DNA of 64,000 bases from Octopus vulgaris (taxonomy: Eukaryota), in contig OX597815.1 of the NCBI GenBank assembly GCA_951406725.2, positions 14,446,001 through 14,510,000 of the forward strand, written 5' to 3'. Positions 41,485-55,947 of this stretch are shown piece by piece (the first letter of the stretch is position 1; every line of letters begins with the position of its first letter). The translations under genes and the position numbers were made by a program. Below the pieces are notes generated by a model. The model searched no databases. It worked only from the letters and a program-made list of their open reading frames with translations, and was not told the origin of the DNA.

Positions 41485-41552
41485 CTATAGAACTGTATAA
41501 ATGTGATAAGAAAAAAAAATGAGAGAAGCACTAAAAGATTCATGTTAAGTAC

Positions 41553-41632
41553 CTTGTCTCTGTATGCAATATCTTCGTGAACAGAAAAAATGGAATCATT
41601 TGGATTAGTTTTAATCTTATGTCTACATCTAC
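41553..41632 (-). CDS. Putative exon (G)RCRHKIKTNPNDSIFSVHEDIAYRDK
   Basis: AG acceptor, AAG|GTACTT donor; phase 1 to 0, compatible with neighbours. Confidence 0.65.
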
Positions 41633-41906
41633 CTATGCATGTAATGTAGGCTAAAAAGTATAAATATTTCTGTAGTACAAAATAACATTCAAAGAAAACG
41701 CAGATGATGCAGCAATAATATATTACATACACTAAGAACCAACAATGTGCTCTATAAGCAGATCTGGCTATTTAAAATTATTTCTGCCCTTACTGTTACT
41801 GGGCCCTTAAACTGTGCTTCCAGGGTCAATAAATATGAGTTCTCGCTTGCTCATGAAATCCTAATATGTTAATCAGGCTAATACCTCTTTTTGTCTACAA
41901 AGATAT

Positions 41907-42304
41907 CTTTATATATAAAAGTGAAGTTGTGTGTCTGTCTCCTACGATTTAGATTCCTAACTACTCCCACATTTTGCGGTGCAGTTTAACCAAAACCGGG
42001 TATCTTATAGTCGTGATTCATATCGAGCCCTTCTGTGTATTAGCGCGCGTCTACGATGAGTCTACGAGTTAAAAAAAATTTACCATCATTTTTTTCCATC
42101 TTAATGCATTTTTTCGCTATTATATAAGGGAAGTAACTCTCTAAAAATGTCTACGATGAGTCAACGGTTTTAAAAAAAATTTACCATCATTTTTTTTTTC
42201 ATTTTTAATGCATTTTTTTGCTATTTTTTGGCTATAACTCTCTAAAAATGCTTATATAGTTATTTCCCTTACAAACCCGAGCAACGCCGGGCGATACTGC
42301 TAGT
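41907..42304 (+). mobile_element. Non-autonomous Helitron
   Basis: Same termini as 34428-34938. Confidence 0.8.
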
Positions 42305-42546
42305 TGCATATAAAAACAATACGTTTGCTTGTCCTTTATGTACAATGTTGGGTAAAAATATATAGATACAACTTGCGTCGACACTAAACACTGTGAATGT
42401 ACGAGGTAATTACATTATATATATATATAAGTTCCCCAAAATTTAGATTCAGATAAATATGGTACTTAAGTAAAAAGGCACCAGAATTTCGTATGGTATT
42501 ATCCATATAAATCAATGGGGTGATTATAATTAAAATAAGCAACAAG

Positions 42547-42638
42547 TATATCCGAGGTTGAGTGGTACAATTGTTTCATGCTACTTCAGTGTTTAATAAA
42601 ATGAAGTAGCATGAAACAATTGTACCACTCCACCTCGG

Positions 42639-42642
<4 letters not shown>
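42547..42642. repeat. ~42 bp arm hairpin containing a hammerhead 3' half, beside TA/TG repeats
   Basis: ccgaggttgagtggtacaattgtttcatgctacttca pairs with tgaagtagcatGAAACAATTGTAccactccacctcgg. Confidence 0.8.
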
Positions 42643-42718
<76 letters not shown>

Positions 42719-42814
42719 ATGTATGTATGTATGTATGCAGTGCACCTGTTCAGACTGTCGATTTTATGGAGAGTGAGACCGAATATTTGATCACTATAAA
42801 TCATAAATTTTTAC

Positions 42815-42894
42815 CTGCGTAGTCGTGCAGGTCGTTCGGCAGAGGCTGAATGCTCATACGTCGTCTTCGACGGGAGAATCTATCATATATATGT
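42815..42894 (-). CDS. Putative exon HIYDRFSRRRRRMSIQPLPNDLHDYA
   Basis: CAG acceptor, CAG|GTAAAA donor, GC-rich island, phase 2 to 1. Confidence 0.7.
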
Positions 42895-42938
42895 CTGTGT
42901 GTGTGTGTGTGTGCACGTGTGTGCGCAGGTGTGTGCGC

Positions 42939-42996
<58 letters not shown>

Positions 42997-43556
42997 ATGT
43001 GTGAGAGAGAGAGAGAATTACTTTTCTTCAGAATTGTTTCACTTTCAAGGTACTCACAAAGGCGCGCCGAAATTTCATTATAACACTGAATATAGAATTT
43101 ATAAGGTGAATGTATGTCGGTCGGTGTGCATATAAAGTAGCCAAGATATTAATAGAAATAAACACACTGATTTATGTCCTGACACATCACTAGTGTTTTA
43201 TGTAAATATCATATTCCATGCATACTAATTGTACACTACAACAGCTACATACATACATACTTACATGATATATACATACCCGCAAACAATAACTATATGT
43301 ATCTGTTATTTCTAAAATCCTAACAAATTTTTCCTGCATAGAATGACAATAAATATATATGGAATGAGTAAATAAATATATATGGAACGTGTAATCAAAT
43401 GAAAACTGAAATAATAAAACACGCTTTTAGTAAATTTATTTAAAGCAATAACCTGACATGTGTGTTTGTAAGAAGCATTAAAAGCACCAGATAACATAAA
43501 CTACCAAAGGACTCAATACAGTTGTAGAACTTTAATATTTTGTTTAAACAACATAC

Positions 43557-43609
43557 AAAGGGACTGTGATTTCAAAGTTTTTGCCGACGGCGACAAAGAT
43601 TGTTGGTGA
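43557..43609 (-). CDS. Putative exon SPTIFVAVGKNFEITVP(L)
   Basis: TAG acceptor after T-rich tract, GTATGT donor, phase 0 to 2. Confidence 0.7.
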
Positions 43610-43896
43610 CTATAATAGATATTAAATAGAAAAAGATGTGTTATAAGTATGTCTAATAGGAACATGGGGAAGAAATCGTCGCTTGAGCGAGAAGGAGGTG
43701 AAAGAGGAGAACAGTTGATGAAAATACATACGAATGGTGAAGAGGGGTGAATTGCAGGGAAAAATAATTCATTAGTGTGCAAAGAGATGAGAATGTGAAT
43801 ACTATATTACATATATATTTAATCAAGTAAACATGACGAGACAAGCAAAGTCGAGAACAATTCATACATGCATATACACATACAACTTATATGTAC

Positions 43897-43942
43897 CAAT
43901 GGCCTGTGAAACCATGCGCCGGCATGCCCGGAAATTGCATAA
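43897..43942 (-). CDS. Putative exon (S)YAISGHAGAWFHRPL
   Basis: ttttctcttag acceptor, TG|GTACAT donor, phase 2 to 0. Confidence 0.65.
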
Positions 43943-44018
43943 CTAAGAGAAAATTTACATATGAAAGAAAAGCAGGTCAGTTACCACGCCTGTCCATGGC
44001 TCTGGGGTGTTTTAACAC

Positions 44019-44063
44019 CTGTCGCTGAGAGAGTGTATATACTCCACCACGCTATTGTAGCCG
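44019..44063 (-). CDS. Putative exon GYNSVVEYIHSLSD
   Basis: tttcccag acceptor, AG|GTGTTA donor, phase 2 to 2; an alternative frame and donor (43985) exists. Confidence 0.55.
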
Positions 44064-44263
44064 CTGGGAAATACATGAAGCATACACATTAAATATATGC
44101 TTTTATTTCATATGTAAAAGTATGGCATTGGTGCGCCATAGATCAGATGTCGAAGAGATCCCGTTCCGAGAATCGAAATCGTGCGTCTGTATGTATGTAT
44201 GTGTGTTATGTATGCGTATTACGTATGTCGTGTGCATATATGTAAGGATATATGTGAGGTACC

Positions 44264-44498
44264 AAGGCGGCGAGCTGGCAGATACGTTAGCACGCCGGAC
44301 GAAATACTTAGCGGTATTTCGTCTGCCGTTACGTTCTGAGTTCAAATTCCGCCGAGGTCGACTTTGCCTTTCATCTTTTCGGGGTCGATTAAATAAGTAC
44401 CTGTTACGCACTGGAATCGATATAATCGACTCAATCCGTTTGTCTGTCCTTGTTTGTCCTCCCTGTGTTTAGCCCCTTGTGGGTAGTAAAGAAATAGG
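44264..44498 (+). mobile_element. SINE family C with target-site duplication
   Basis: TATATGTGAGGTACC at 44249-44263 and 44499-44513. Confidence 0.92.
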
Positions 44499-44504
44499 TA
44501 TATG

Positions 44505-44860
44505 TGAGGTACCGGTGTTCTGGTCGTCTCTTCAACTTGCGTTGCTTTGCTGCCAGTTCAAAAGTTTTTCAGTCTCTTATTGATGACCTCCTTCGTGCAG
44601 ATGATTGCGACTTCGTTGTTGAAGATATACAAATTCTCATTGATCATCTTTCAACACTTTGCAAGATATTCGAACTCAGCATTAGCCTAGACAAGACTGT
44701 TGTAATGTTCCAGTTTGCACCAGGAAACCCATATATGAAATCATCTAAATTGAAGGAACAGAAGTGGAAGCGGTAGACATGCTTCTCTACCTGGGCAGCA
44801 CACTGAAACATTCTTGTTCCTTAATGATGAAATACCTTTAAGGATTCAGAGAGCAACTGG
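44505..44860 (+). mobile_element. RTE-clade LINE fragment
   Basis: GRLFNLR...DLLRADDC...LSISLDKTVVMFQ. Confidence 0.8.
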
Positions 44861-45487
44861 GATCATTTCCTTATGAACGGCACTTTTCAACACAATTTCT
44901 AGTTAGCTAAACACTTTTAAACTTTGTATACTGGTAGAATGTGTCAAAATAAAACATTTTCTTCTCTTGGCTTTCTTGAGAAAATTGTAATTTGTTTGTT
45001 TGACGTAGTTTAATTTTTCGAATTTTAACCAATCCTATACCCTCTATTTAGATAAAATCATTTGCTGCGTCTAAAACTGAGACAACATCCAGAGAACACA
45101 AAAAACTAAGCAAACTAAACAAACTAAACAAAAGAGCTGAGGTTGTTTATAAAACAACTAAATATTTTACAAACAAATTGTCCTCTGTGTGTATGTGTGT
45201 GTATATGTATGTGCGTGTGTCTGTGTGTGCTTCTGCATTAATGTTGAGGATCTACGTCTTCACATGATGCCATATAAATAAGAACATTCTGCAAGGAACA
45301 TTCCTTGTAGACAATACATCTCGTCGTTCTGCGCTTACAAAGAACATGAGAATTCCCTAATTTAAAAACAGATGAGCGTTGGAAACAGGAAGGGCAACCA
45401 CACGTAAAATACAGCCTTGAATAAGTCTCCGACATAGGTTGATATATCAATGGATAGATAGATATTGAGTGCGGAAGGAAATGGGAT

Positions 45488-45871
45488 GGAAGCACTCCGT
45501 CGGTTACGACGATGAGGGTTCCGGTTGATCCGAGTCAACGGAACAGCCTGCTCGTGAAATTAACGTGTAAGTGGCTGAGCACTCCACAGACACGTGCACC
45601 CTTAACGTAGTTCTCGGGGATATTCAGCGTGACACAGAGAGTGACAAGGCCGGCCCCTTGAAATACAGGTACAACAGAAACAGGAAGTAAGAGTGAGAGA
45701 AAGTTGTGGTGAAAGAGTACAGCAGGGATCACCACCATCCCCTGCCGGAGCCTCGTGCAGCTTTTAGGTGTTTTCGCTCAATAAACACTCACAACGCCCG
45801 GTCTGGGAATCGAAACCGCGATCCTACGACCGCGAGTCCGCTGCCTTAACCACTGGGCCATTGCGCCTCCA
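45488..45871 (-). mobile_element. SINE family B
   Basis: Full-length reverse copy. Confidence 0.9.
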
Positions 45872-45965
45872 TGCGGAAGGAAAAGTGACAAATAGATAGG
45901 CAAACAGCGAAAAAGACAGACAGACTGACAAATGGGTTAACTGACAGACAGGTACGGAGACAGAC

Positions 45966-46052
<87 letters not shown>

Positions 46053-46378
46053 CAGACAGACAAGAAAAGTTCTCTTTCTTTTTTTCTTTTATTTTTTCTT
46101 TGGAAATACTTATCTCAAAGCAAGTTTGATTTTAACATCAGAGATTTTTGAAAATTAATGATTGATCTTTTAAATTCAGATCTAATGTATATCGAGTAAG
46201 CTAGCGTCTTTTACTGATGTCTGCTTCTCGTTTCCGTACAAACGTCTGCTACCTACACTAGCATTAAGACAAACCAAATATTCTTTGTATTTCCGAACAA
46301 TGTAAACCATCCACTTTGATTTAATGTATCACCTTTATTTCTTGTTATTACGAATGCTTTTCTCTTTTCAACAATTAC

Positions 46379-46507
46379 CTGAAGATGAATGTACTTTCAG
46401 AACTTACAAGATCTAAAGGAAATGTATAATTGAAAACCACTTCACCAGATTTTGGCCTCAAATATGTCGGAGTTTCTGACGTTAGAGCTGATGTCCAAAA
46501 AGTATTT
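46379..46507 (-). CDS. Putative exon NTFWTSALTSETPTYLRPKSGEVVFNYTFPLDLVSSESTFIF
   Basis: gttttag acceptor, CAG|GTAATT donor, 42 open codons, phase 2 to 2; an internal GTAAGT donor near 46408 is an alternative. Confidence 0.55.
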
Positions 46508-46560
46508 CTAAAACAGTGTTCCACAAAATTAACAACTAAATTAAATTATATGTAGACGAA

Positions 46561-46614
<54 letters not shown>

Positions 46615-46972
46615 TAAACTTGCATAATGACCTTTGTTCAATATTTATATCTGTGTAAAGTGGCGAGCTGGCAGAAACCTTGGCACGCCCGGCGAAATGC
46701 TTAACGTTATTTCGTCTGCCGTTGCGTTTTGAGTTCAAATTCCACCGAAAAAAAAAGTTATTTTAAAATTGTCTTTTAGCGTAAGCGTACCCAAACAAGT
46801 CGAATGCTTACACAGAGCAGATTTTGCAGCCTCATCATCCAAAGCGACCGGGTGAAACCGGGCTTAGCTGCTAATATATAGGAGTAGCTGTGAATTTTCC
46901 CTGTAAGTTTGGAATAATATTCCCTCATATTATTTATTATTACTATGATTATTATTATTATTATTATTATTA

Positions 46973-47036
<64 letters not shown>

Positions 47037-47039
47037 GCA

Positions 47040-47578
47040 TATTGGTGGATTCCTCCTTTTCGCCTTCGGCCCAGTGCGTCCATGCTGCCAAAAAATCACG
47101 CGGAGTTCTGTTCTTGATTCGACGGTCATTCGGAATGCTCACAACAGCCATATTCCTACCGCTCTATGTCACGCTGGTGAGACCCATATTGGAGTACGGG
47201 ATTCAAGCCTCTTCTCCTTATCTCCTCAAAGGTTCTTGGTCTCAAGAATTTGTCTTATGAAGAAAGGCTGAAGACGCTCGACCTTTATTCTCTAGAAAAA
47301 CGACGACGACGTGGTGATCTCATTCTTGCTCACATCATAAGCGAAAAGTGTAACCTCTCGAAAGAGCTGTTCTTCACTCCTGCTCCAGAGCGTCGGCTGC
47401 GGGGTCACTCCGAAAAGCTCTATCTGCGACGATTTCATTGCAGATTCGTGGAATAAGCTGCCGGACGAGATAGTGAAGCCTGAACTCTTTACATGAGCAC
47501 TACCCTGTACATAACTCCATGTCCCCCTACATGGCCTTGCTTTTTTGCTTTTTGAGCCCAAAATTAACTAACTAACTA
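47040..47578 (+). mobile_element. CR1-type LINE 3' fragment with deletions
   Basis: LYVTLVRPILEYG, SYEERLKTLDLYSLEKRR; (AACT)n tail. Confidence 0.9.
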
Positions 47579-47660
47579 ATATATAGATATATGTATATAT
47601 ACATACATATGCATATATATATGCATATATATATACATATATATACATATATACACATGC

Positions 47661-47743
<83 letters not shown>

Positions 47744-47745
47744 AA

Positions 47746-47970
47746 GCGAGCTAGCAGAAACGTTAGCATGTCGGTCGAAATGCGTAGCCGAATTTTGTCT
47801 GCCGTTACGTTCTGAGTTCAAATTCCGCCGAGGTCAGCTTTGCCTTTCATCCTTTCGGGGTTGATAAATTAAGTACCAGTTACGCACTGGGGTCGATATA
47901 ATCGACTGAATCCGTTTGTCTGTCCTTGTTTGTCTGTCTTCGTTTGTCCGTGTTTAGCCCCTTGTGGCTA

Positions 47971-47972
<2 letters not shown>
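47746..47972 (+). mobile_element. SINE family C
   Basis: Similarity to 44264-44498. Confidence 0.85.
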
Positions 47973-48039
<67 letters not shown>

Positions 48040-48357
48040 GGAGGTGCAACGGCTCAGTGATCAGAGCAGCGGACTCAAACAGGTGTTGTGAGTCTTTATT
48101 GAGCAAAAACACCTAAACGCTCCACGATGGTTCGGCAGAGTTTGGTGGTGTACCCTGCTGTACTTTTTCACCACAACTTTCTCTCGCTCTTTCTTCCGTT
48201 AAGAGTACACGTATCTGTGTAGTGTTCAACCACTTGCAAGTTAATTTCACTAACAGGCTATTCAATTGGAACCTCTTCGTTGTAACTGACGGAGCGCCAC
48301 GTTATATACATGTGTGTGTGTTTGTGTGTGTGTATGTATGTGTTTATATATATATAC

Positions 48358-48430
<73 letters not shown>

Positions 48431-48496
48431 AAAAATAAGAAAATAAAGATAAATCAATTAGTATTCATATTTACTAATTACAAAAGTAGACATAAT

Positions 48497-48576
48497 CTCT
48501 GACAGTTGTTTCAATTCAGACTTCAAAAATTAATTAAAATAATTAATTCATTATACAGTTGAATGTCGTCGGAGGT
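48497..48576 (-). ncRNA. Hammerhead-like motif (CCGACGA core variant)
   Basis: Minus strand CCGACGA-cATTCA...TGAATt-GAAAC-AACT-GTC-agag; mutated plus-strand copies at about 53705-53785 and 57175-57253. Confidence 0.55.
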
Positions 48577-49439
48577 AGAAAAAAGATATACCATTACATC
48601 TTTTATATTTTTATGTGTTAAGTGTATGGAGCATTTCGGTTAACTGGGTATTATTTTATAGAAAAATTCGGTATAAACCTTATAAAGAGGGGAAAGGTGG
48701 TATATTCAGAGAAGTAAATATGAAAAATAATATATGCTTTGGGTAAAAATTAAAGGTATAAAGAAATGTAATTTATGGTAATAAACCGTATATTTGAATA
48801 TCAAATTAATACAAGGGTAAATATATTTATAAAAATGTGAGTAATATATTCTGGGTACTCATTAAAAGTATAGAAATAAACAATATATAGTAATTAACCT
48901 TATATTTAAGTATCATATTAGGGTAAATATATTTATATAAATTTAAGTAATAAGGGTGTATAAATATGTAAGGAAAAATAAAAAATATAATGAGTGGAGT
49001 TATAGGTAAAAAAATATATATATATATATTTGATTGCATGTATGAATATAAATACGTTCAAATATTTATGCGTATAGAAATACATAAAAACATATATATA
49101 CAAAAATAAAGAATAAAAAATATATGGATGCAGCAATAATCACATTTTGCACATACACCTACATATATTTACATGCTCATACATAAACACATCTGTGAAG
49201 AAATCGCATGCAAATAATTATATAAATATACAAGAAATTAGTACATATATATAAATACTTTTATGTATACATATATATTTGTGCAAAATATGTTACTACT
49301 GAGTTTCCAGTTCAAAAGTTTACTTATGCTCAAAGAGGGTTCAAGGAAAATAGAAAATACAAATACAGGATTGGTCATATTTTAAAAATAAGTATTTAAA
49401 TAAGTATCATTAACGGTATTGTAATATGTAATAAGAAGA

Positions 49440-49965
49440 AGGCGGTGAGCTGGCAGAAACGTTAGCACCCCAGGCGAAATGCTTTGCGGTATTTCGTCTG
49501 CTGTTACGTTCTGAGCTCAAATTCCGCCGAAGAATATGTAATAAAGACATTTTTTTTTTTTTTGCCCACAGGGGATTAAACACAGAGGGAACAAACAAGG
49601 ACAAACAAACGGATTAAGTCGATCACATCGACTCCAGTGCGTAACTGGTTCTTATTTAATCGACCCCGAAAAGATGAAAGCAAAGTCGATCTCGGCAGAA
49701 TTTGAACTCAAAACGTAGCGGCAGACAAAATACTTATTTCTTTACTAACCACAAGGGGCTGAACACAGAAAGGATAAACAAGGACAGACAAAAGGATTAA
49801 GTTGATTAAATCGACCCCAGTGCGTAACTGGTACTTAATTTATCGACCCCGGAAGGATGAAAAGTAAAGTCGACCTCGGCGGAATTTGAACTCAGAACGT
49901 AGCGGCAGACGAAATACCGCTACGCATTTCACCCGGCGTGCGAACGATTCTACCAGTTCGCCGCA
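49440..49965. mobile_element. SINE family C cluster (plus-strand head followed by two minus-strand copies)
   Basis: Sequence similarity to other C copies. Confidence 0.85.
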
Positions 49966-50307
49966 ATAGAAAGAAATAATATAGAAAACAGATTTAATAT
50001 GCTATATTTATAAATAAAGGAGCAAGGGAAAAATTATCTTATATCAAAGGAAAAATTTTATAGTTATTTTACGATTTAAAGGATAAAATGTTCATTTGTG
50101 CAATTTATAGTATAAAATGTTCAATATTAATATTAAGTTTAAAGTAGGGGGAAGGAAATTTACAGATTAGTCTTAATTATATTAATGATACGCGTTAAAG
50201 GTGGAATGTAAATTAGCAATATTAAATTAAAATAATAATTACTACTATTAGGATATTTAGAAATAAATGTAAAAATGTAAAAATGTGTTAGATAAAATAG
50301 GCAGAAG

Positions 50308-50366
<59 letters not shown>

Positions 50367-50471
50367 ATAGCAAGAGAGATATAACGTATCAGTGTAGGTA
50401 TAAAAGTATTAATCCAAGTAAAAAAAAGAGGGGTTATTTTTTAAACAAAAATAAATAAATATAAGCATAAT

Positions 50472-52619
50472 TCTATAATAAAAATCCCGTTCTGTCTGTG
50501 TACATGTGTATGTGTGTGTGTGTGTATGTAAAAGATTATAACGGCCGAATTTTTCAACTGATTTTCTCTAAACTGGAATCATACATTACTTACATTCCAG
50601 GGATGGTTTTAGACTCTTAAAGGTTTTCATATAATGTGTAACGGGGCCCCTGGAAGCAGAAAACACCCTTTCCTGGCTTATATGGAAAAGGGAGGTAACT
50701 TTTTGCGAAGTAACTTTCAGAAACTGATTGTCTCCCTTATATGCATTTGTCAAAAATTTATCAAAATCTCAAATAATATATAAATTAAAGATGTGTGCGT
50801 GTGTGTTCGCTTTTCAGGTGAAAACGGCTTCACCAATTGCTTCCATACTTGCGATGCGTGAATAAATTGACTTCGGACACATATTAGGCTCTTCATTTGA
50901 TTCTTTTATTAAAAATTTAGAATATTACTTTTTATATTAGATTCGCGTTGTTGAAAGTTTTTTAAAATATTTACTTTCGGTTTTCTAGTGTCAGTAACAC
51001 CTATATCTCTCTATATCTCTTTATCCATCTCTCTATCTCTATCTCTCTATCTATATATATATATCTCCATGTCTATCTCTATATTTATCTATCTCTCTGT
51101 ATCTATCTGTCTATATCTTATCTATCAATGTATATCTTTCTTATTTGTCTAACTAGCAAGCTCTCTGTCTCTCTTTCTCTCTCTCTCCCTCGATTTATAT
51201 CTCACTCACTCTTTATTGTTTTCACAGTAAGTTTTCAATCGCTATTTACAAACAGCAACGACAAATTACTGACAGAAAGAAGTTCACAATTACTAATGAA
51301 AGTAATTTCATAATTTACTGACAGAAGTAACTTCATAAATTTCACTACAATCTGTACACTTCGTTAAATTTGTCTACAAATTTCTTATTTATTTTTTCAA
51401 CGTTCTGTGTTTTTTTGTGTTTTTTTTTGGAATTACTGATTAAGAGTAGGTTCATATCTTACTGACAGAAGTGACTTCACAAATTTCACTTAAATCCGTA
51501 GACTTAGTTAATTTCCCTAAAAATTTCTTTTTCATTTTTGCAACGGTTTTGCGTTTTTCAGTTGTTAACGGCTTTTTTCTCTGGTTTCTTCGACACTGGC
51601 TCTTTGGTTCACTAAGTGACAAATTTCGCTTCAACCTTTACAATTCTTTTCTTTCCATAAAAATAGATTTACTTTCTGTCCGTCGTATTAAGAAATATAA
51701 TTTCCGTAACCCAATTATTTTCATTGTTTTCTATCTTTTGTTTACGTATGCCTAGAAGGAAAGTGTCAAATTTGTCTACAATGTTAAGGTCAGGCAAAAG
51801 AATTCTCTGACCAGAGAAAGAGAGACAGCTGCAGAAAGGGAAGCATACCAAGAAACGAATAGATTATGCACTGCAAAAGCCAGAGCATCTCAAAGGGAAG
51901 AACAGAGGTATGCACAGCTGACAAGGAATAGGATCTCCACTGCAGAACGAAGAGCAGTTGCAACATCTCAGGGAATCAATTATGATCTAGCAGTCTATTA
52001 TGCAGATGACACTGGAGTTTCCGTTGGTGCAATGACAACTGAGTGCATACATTGTAAAGCAAGGAAGTGGTCTGGAGAGACACCTGCACTGTGCTACAGT
52101 GGTGGAAAGGTTAAACCCCTTGCAGTTCCTCAACTTCCAGAGCCATTGAAGAAATTGTTGTCATCAACTGACCAAGATTCCAAGCACTTACAAAACAAAA
52201 TTAAACAATACAACGCTACGCTACAGATGACATCATTTGGAGCCGCAAGAGATTTAACTGAGCCAGGATTCATGCAAACTTTCAAGCCCCAAGGTCAGAT
52301 TTATCATCAGATTGGCTCTCTACTACCTCTGTCAAATGAATCACCAAAATCGGCCTTTCATTGTGTATAATCTGTACCTGTTTTTGTTTTTGCTTTATTT
52401 TGTTTTTGTCTTTTTTTTGTTATGAAATAAGCTAGACAAAACGTGTTTTTGAATTACGTGTATTTATTTAATATGCATATATGGGTTGAAAACTTGGAAA
52501 CTTATTAATGTAGAAAATTGGTATCTCCGCCATTAGTAGTTGAGACCTGCGTAATCTACACGGCATTTTTAAATTTCATTATTCTCTTTAATCCGGGCAA
52601 CACCGGATATTTCTGCTAG
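50472..52619 (+). mobile_element. Internally deleted Helitron
   Basis: 5' TCTATAATAAAAAT, 3' CCGGGCAACACCGG hairpin plus CTAG; carries an N-terminal Rep/Hel fragment. Confidence 0.85.
52032..52370 (+). pseudogene. Helitron Rep/helicase N-terminal zinc-finger fragment
   Basis: MTTECIHCKARKWSGE...CYSGGKV...IKQYNATLQMTSFGA...FKPQGQIYHQIGSLLP. Confidence 0.88.
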
Positions 52620-54387
52620 CATAAATATAAATCTATATTTAAAATATCAAAGTATGGGTTTAATTATAGAAAACCGTTTGGGCCCTTTATAGTAAATAAA
52701 AGCAGCAGCATGGGTTAAGGTTTAATGTGTAACTATAGTAGTCAGAAAGGAAAGTAAACATTTAATATCTATTTATTTATATTTGGAAAATACATATTTT
52801 CCCATGTGTTGACAAGAATATGTCTCTGAATCCCTGAGGTTAAGAAGAGGAAATTTTGCCGAGAGGATAAAAATGTTTCATTTAAGTAAAGAAAGCATTT
52901 TATATTATTAGCTTTATAGGAAGGTGCAGAAGCTATTATATCCTAATTTGTATAATTATTTGCATGCAATTTCTTCACAAATACTTACATGTATTTATTG
53001 TGTATAAGCGGGTAAATATATGTAGATGTATGCGCAAGATGTGATTATTGCTGCGTCCATTTATTCTTTACTATTTATTTTATTTTTGTATATATTTTTA
53101 TATATTTATATACGCATAAATATTTTGAACGTATTTATATTCATATATGCAATCAAATATATATATATATTTACCTATAACTCTACTCATTTTATTTTTT
53201 ATTTTTACTTACATATTTATACACCCTTATTACTTAAATTTTTATATATTTTCCCTAATAATAATATGATACTTAAATTTAAAGTTAATTACTATATATT
53301 ATTTCTATACTTTTTAATGATTACCCAGAATATATTACTCAAATTTTTATAAATATATTTACCCTAATATGATACTTATATATAAGGTCAATTACTATAT
53401 ATTGTTTATTTCTATACTTTTAATGAGTACCCAGAATATATTACTTAAATTTTTATAAATATATTTACCCTTATTTGATACTCGAATATACGGCTTATTA
53501 CAATAAATTACATTTCTTTATACCTTTAATGTTTCCCCAAAGCATATTATATTATTTTTTCATATTTACTTCTCTGAATATACTACTTTTCCCCTCTTTA
53601 TAAGGTTTATACAAAATCTTTCTATAAAATAATTGAAATAACCGAAATGCTCCATAAATTTAATACATAAAAATATAAAAGATGTAATGGTATATCTTTT
53701 TCCTACGTCCAACGAGATTCAACTGTATAATGAATTAATTATTTTAATTAATTTTTGAAGTCTGAATTGAAACAACTGTCAGAGATTATGTCTATTTTTG
53801 AAATTAGTAAATATGATTACTAATTGATTTATCTTTATTTTCATATTTTTCTTAAATAAATATAAACCTCGGATTATTTAATTACCTATTTTTGAGTATT
53901 AAAACTAATATTCAAAATATATACTACGTAAGAAACAAATAAATTCGTCGGAGTGGTAAGTAGCTTGCTTACCAACCACATGGTTCCGGGTTCATTCCCA
54001 CTGCGTGGTACATTGGGCAAGTGTCTTCTACTATAGCCTCGGGCCAACCAAAGACCTCTTCAGTTATTCGGCCATCGGAAAAATGCTATGAAAAATGACC
54101 CCGGAGTTTTATCATAGCTACCGAATAATTGTCACATATTAAATTTACAGATATATGTATATATATATATATATGACGGGAAGCTTTATGAAAATAGACA
54201 AAAGACGAAGGCAGGTGGAATACAAACAAACAATTGTATTAGTATGGCGCTCAGGAAATATAAATAAAACAAGTCTTTAACGGTTCGAGCCTATGCTCTT
54301 CAACAGAAAGATACACAGAGAAAAAACACAGAAAGAAGGAGAGAAAAAAAATATGCGTGCAGAAGCTAGCGAATCAATATATACATA

Positions 54388-54466
<79 letters not shown>

Positions 54467-55608
54467 TCTTCATTTGATTCTTTTATTAAAAATTTAGAAT
54501 ATTACTTTTTATATTAGATTCGCGTTGTTGAAAGTTTTTTAAAATATTTACTTTCGGTTTTCTAGTGTCAGTAACACCTATATCTCTCTATATCTCTTTA
54601 TCCATCTCTCTATCTCTATCTCTCTATCTATATATATATATCTCCATGTCTATCTCTATATTTATCTATCTCTCTGTATCTATCTGTCTATATCTTATCT
54701 ATCAATGTATATCTTTCTTATTTGTCTAACTAGCAAGCTCTCTGTCTCTCTTTCTCTCTCTCTCCCTCGATTTATATCTCACTCACTCTTTATTGTTTTC
54801 ACAGTAAGTTTTCAATCGCTATTTACAAACAGCAACGACAAATTACTGACAGAAAGAAGTTCACAATTACTAATGAAAGTAATTTCATAATTTACTGACA
54901 GAAGTAACTTCATAAATTTCACTACAATCTGTACACTTCGTTAAATTTGTCTACAAATTTCTTATTTATTTTTTCAACGTTCTGTGTTTTTTTGTGTTTT
55001 TTTTTACGGAATTACTGATTAAGAGTAGGTTCATATCTTACTGACAGAAGTGACTTCACAAATTTCACTTAAATCCGTAGACTTAGTTAATTTCCCTAAA
55101 AATTTCTTTTTCATTTTTGCAACGGTTTTGCGTTTTTCAGTTGTTAACGGCTTTTCTCTGGTTTCTTCGACACTGGCTCTTTGGTTCACTAAGTGACAAA
55201 TTTCGCTTCAACCTTTACAATTCTTTTCTTTCCATAAAAATAGATTTACTTTCTGTCCGTCGTATTAAGAAATATAATTTCCGTAACCCAATTATTTTCA
55301 TTGTTTTCTATCTTTTGTTTACGTATGCCTAGAAGGAAAGTGTCAAATTTGTCTACAATGTTAAGGTCAGGCAAAAGAATTCTCTGACCAGAGAAAGAGA
55401 GACAGCTGCAGAAAGGGAAGCATACCAAGAAACGAATAGATTATGCACTGCAAAAGCCAGAGCATCTCAAAGGGAAGAACAGAGGTATGCACAGCTGACA
55501 AGGAATAGGATCTCCACTGCAGAACGAAGAGCAGTTGCAACATCTCAGGGAATCAATTATGATCTAGCAGTCTATTATGCAGATGACACTGGAGTTTCCG
55601 TTGGTGCA

Positions 55609-55947
55609 ATGACAACTGAGTGCATACATTGTAAAGCAAGGAAGTGGTCTGGAGAGACACCTGCACTGTGCTACAGTGGTGGAAAGGTTAAACCCCTTGC
55701 AGTTCCTCAACTTCCAGAGCCATTGAAGAAATTGTTGTCATCAACTGACCAAGATTCCAAGCACTTACAAAACAAAATTAAACAATACAACGCTACGCTA
55801 CAGATGACATCATTTGGAGCCGCAAGAGATTTAACTGAGCCAGGATTCATGCAAACTTTCAAGCCCCAAGGTCAGATTTATCATCAGATTGGCTCTCTAC
55901 TACCTCTGTCAAATGAATCACCAAAATCGGCCTTTCATTGTGTATAA
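55609..55947 (+). pseudogene. Second copy of the Helitron Rep/Hel fragment
   Basis: Translation identical to 52032-52370. Confidence 0.88.

Larger units (their letters stand above)
48427..53856. mobile_element. Large Penelope-like fold-back element (~800 bp inverted arms) with nested SINEs and a Helitron
   Basis: About 48427-49225 is the reverse complement of 52950-53856; hammerhead motif near each outer end; starts at a (TA)n tract. Confidence 0.75.

Noticed and set aside
42812-42873. Three small hairpins suggesting an snRNA or SL RNA
   Set aside because: Better explained as a GC-rich coding exon with matching splice phases.
45257-45357. Alternative minus-strand exon GILMFFVSAERRDVLSTRNVPCRMFLFIWHHVK
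   Set aside because: Phase-compatible only if the GTAAGT donor near 46408 is used, and its own donor is weak; cannot be resolved without transcripts.
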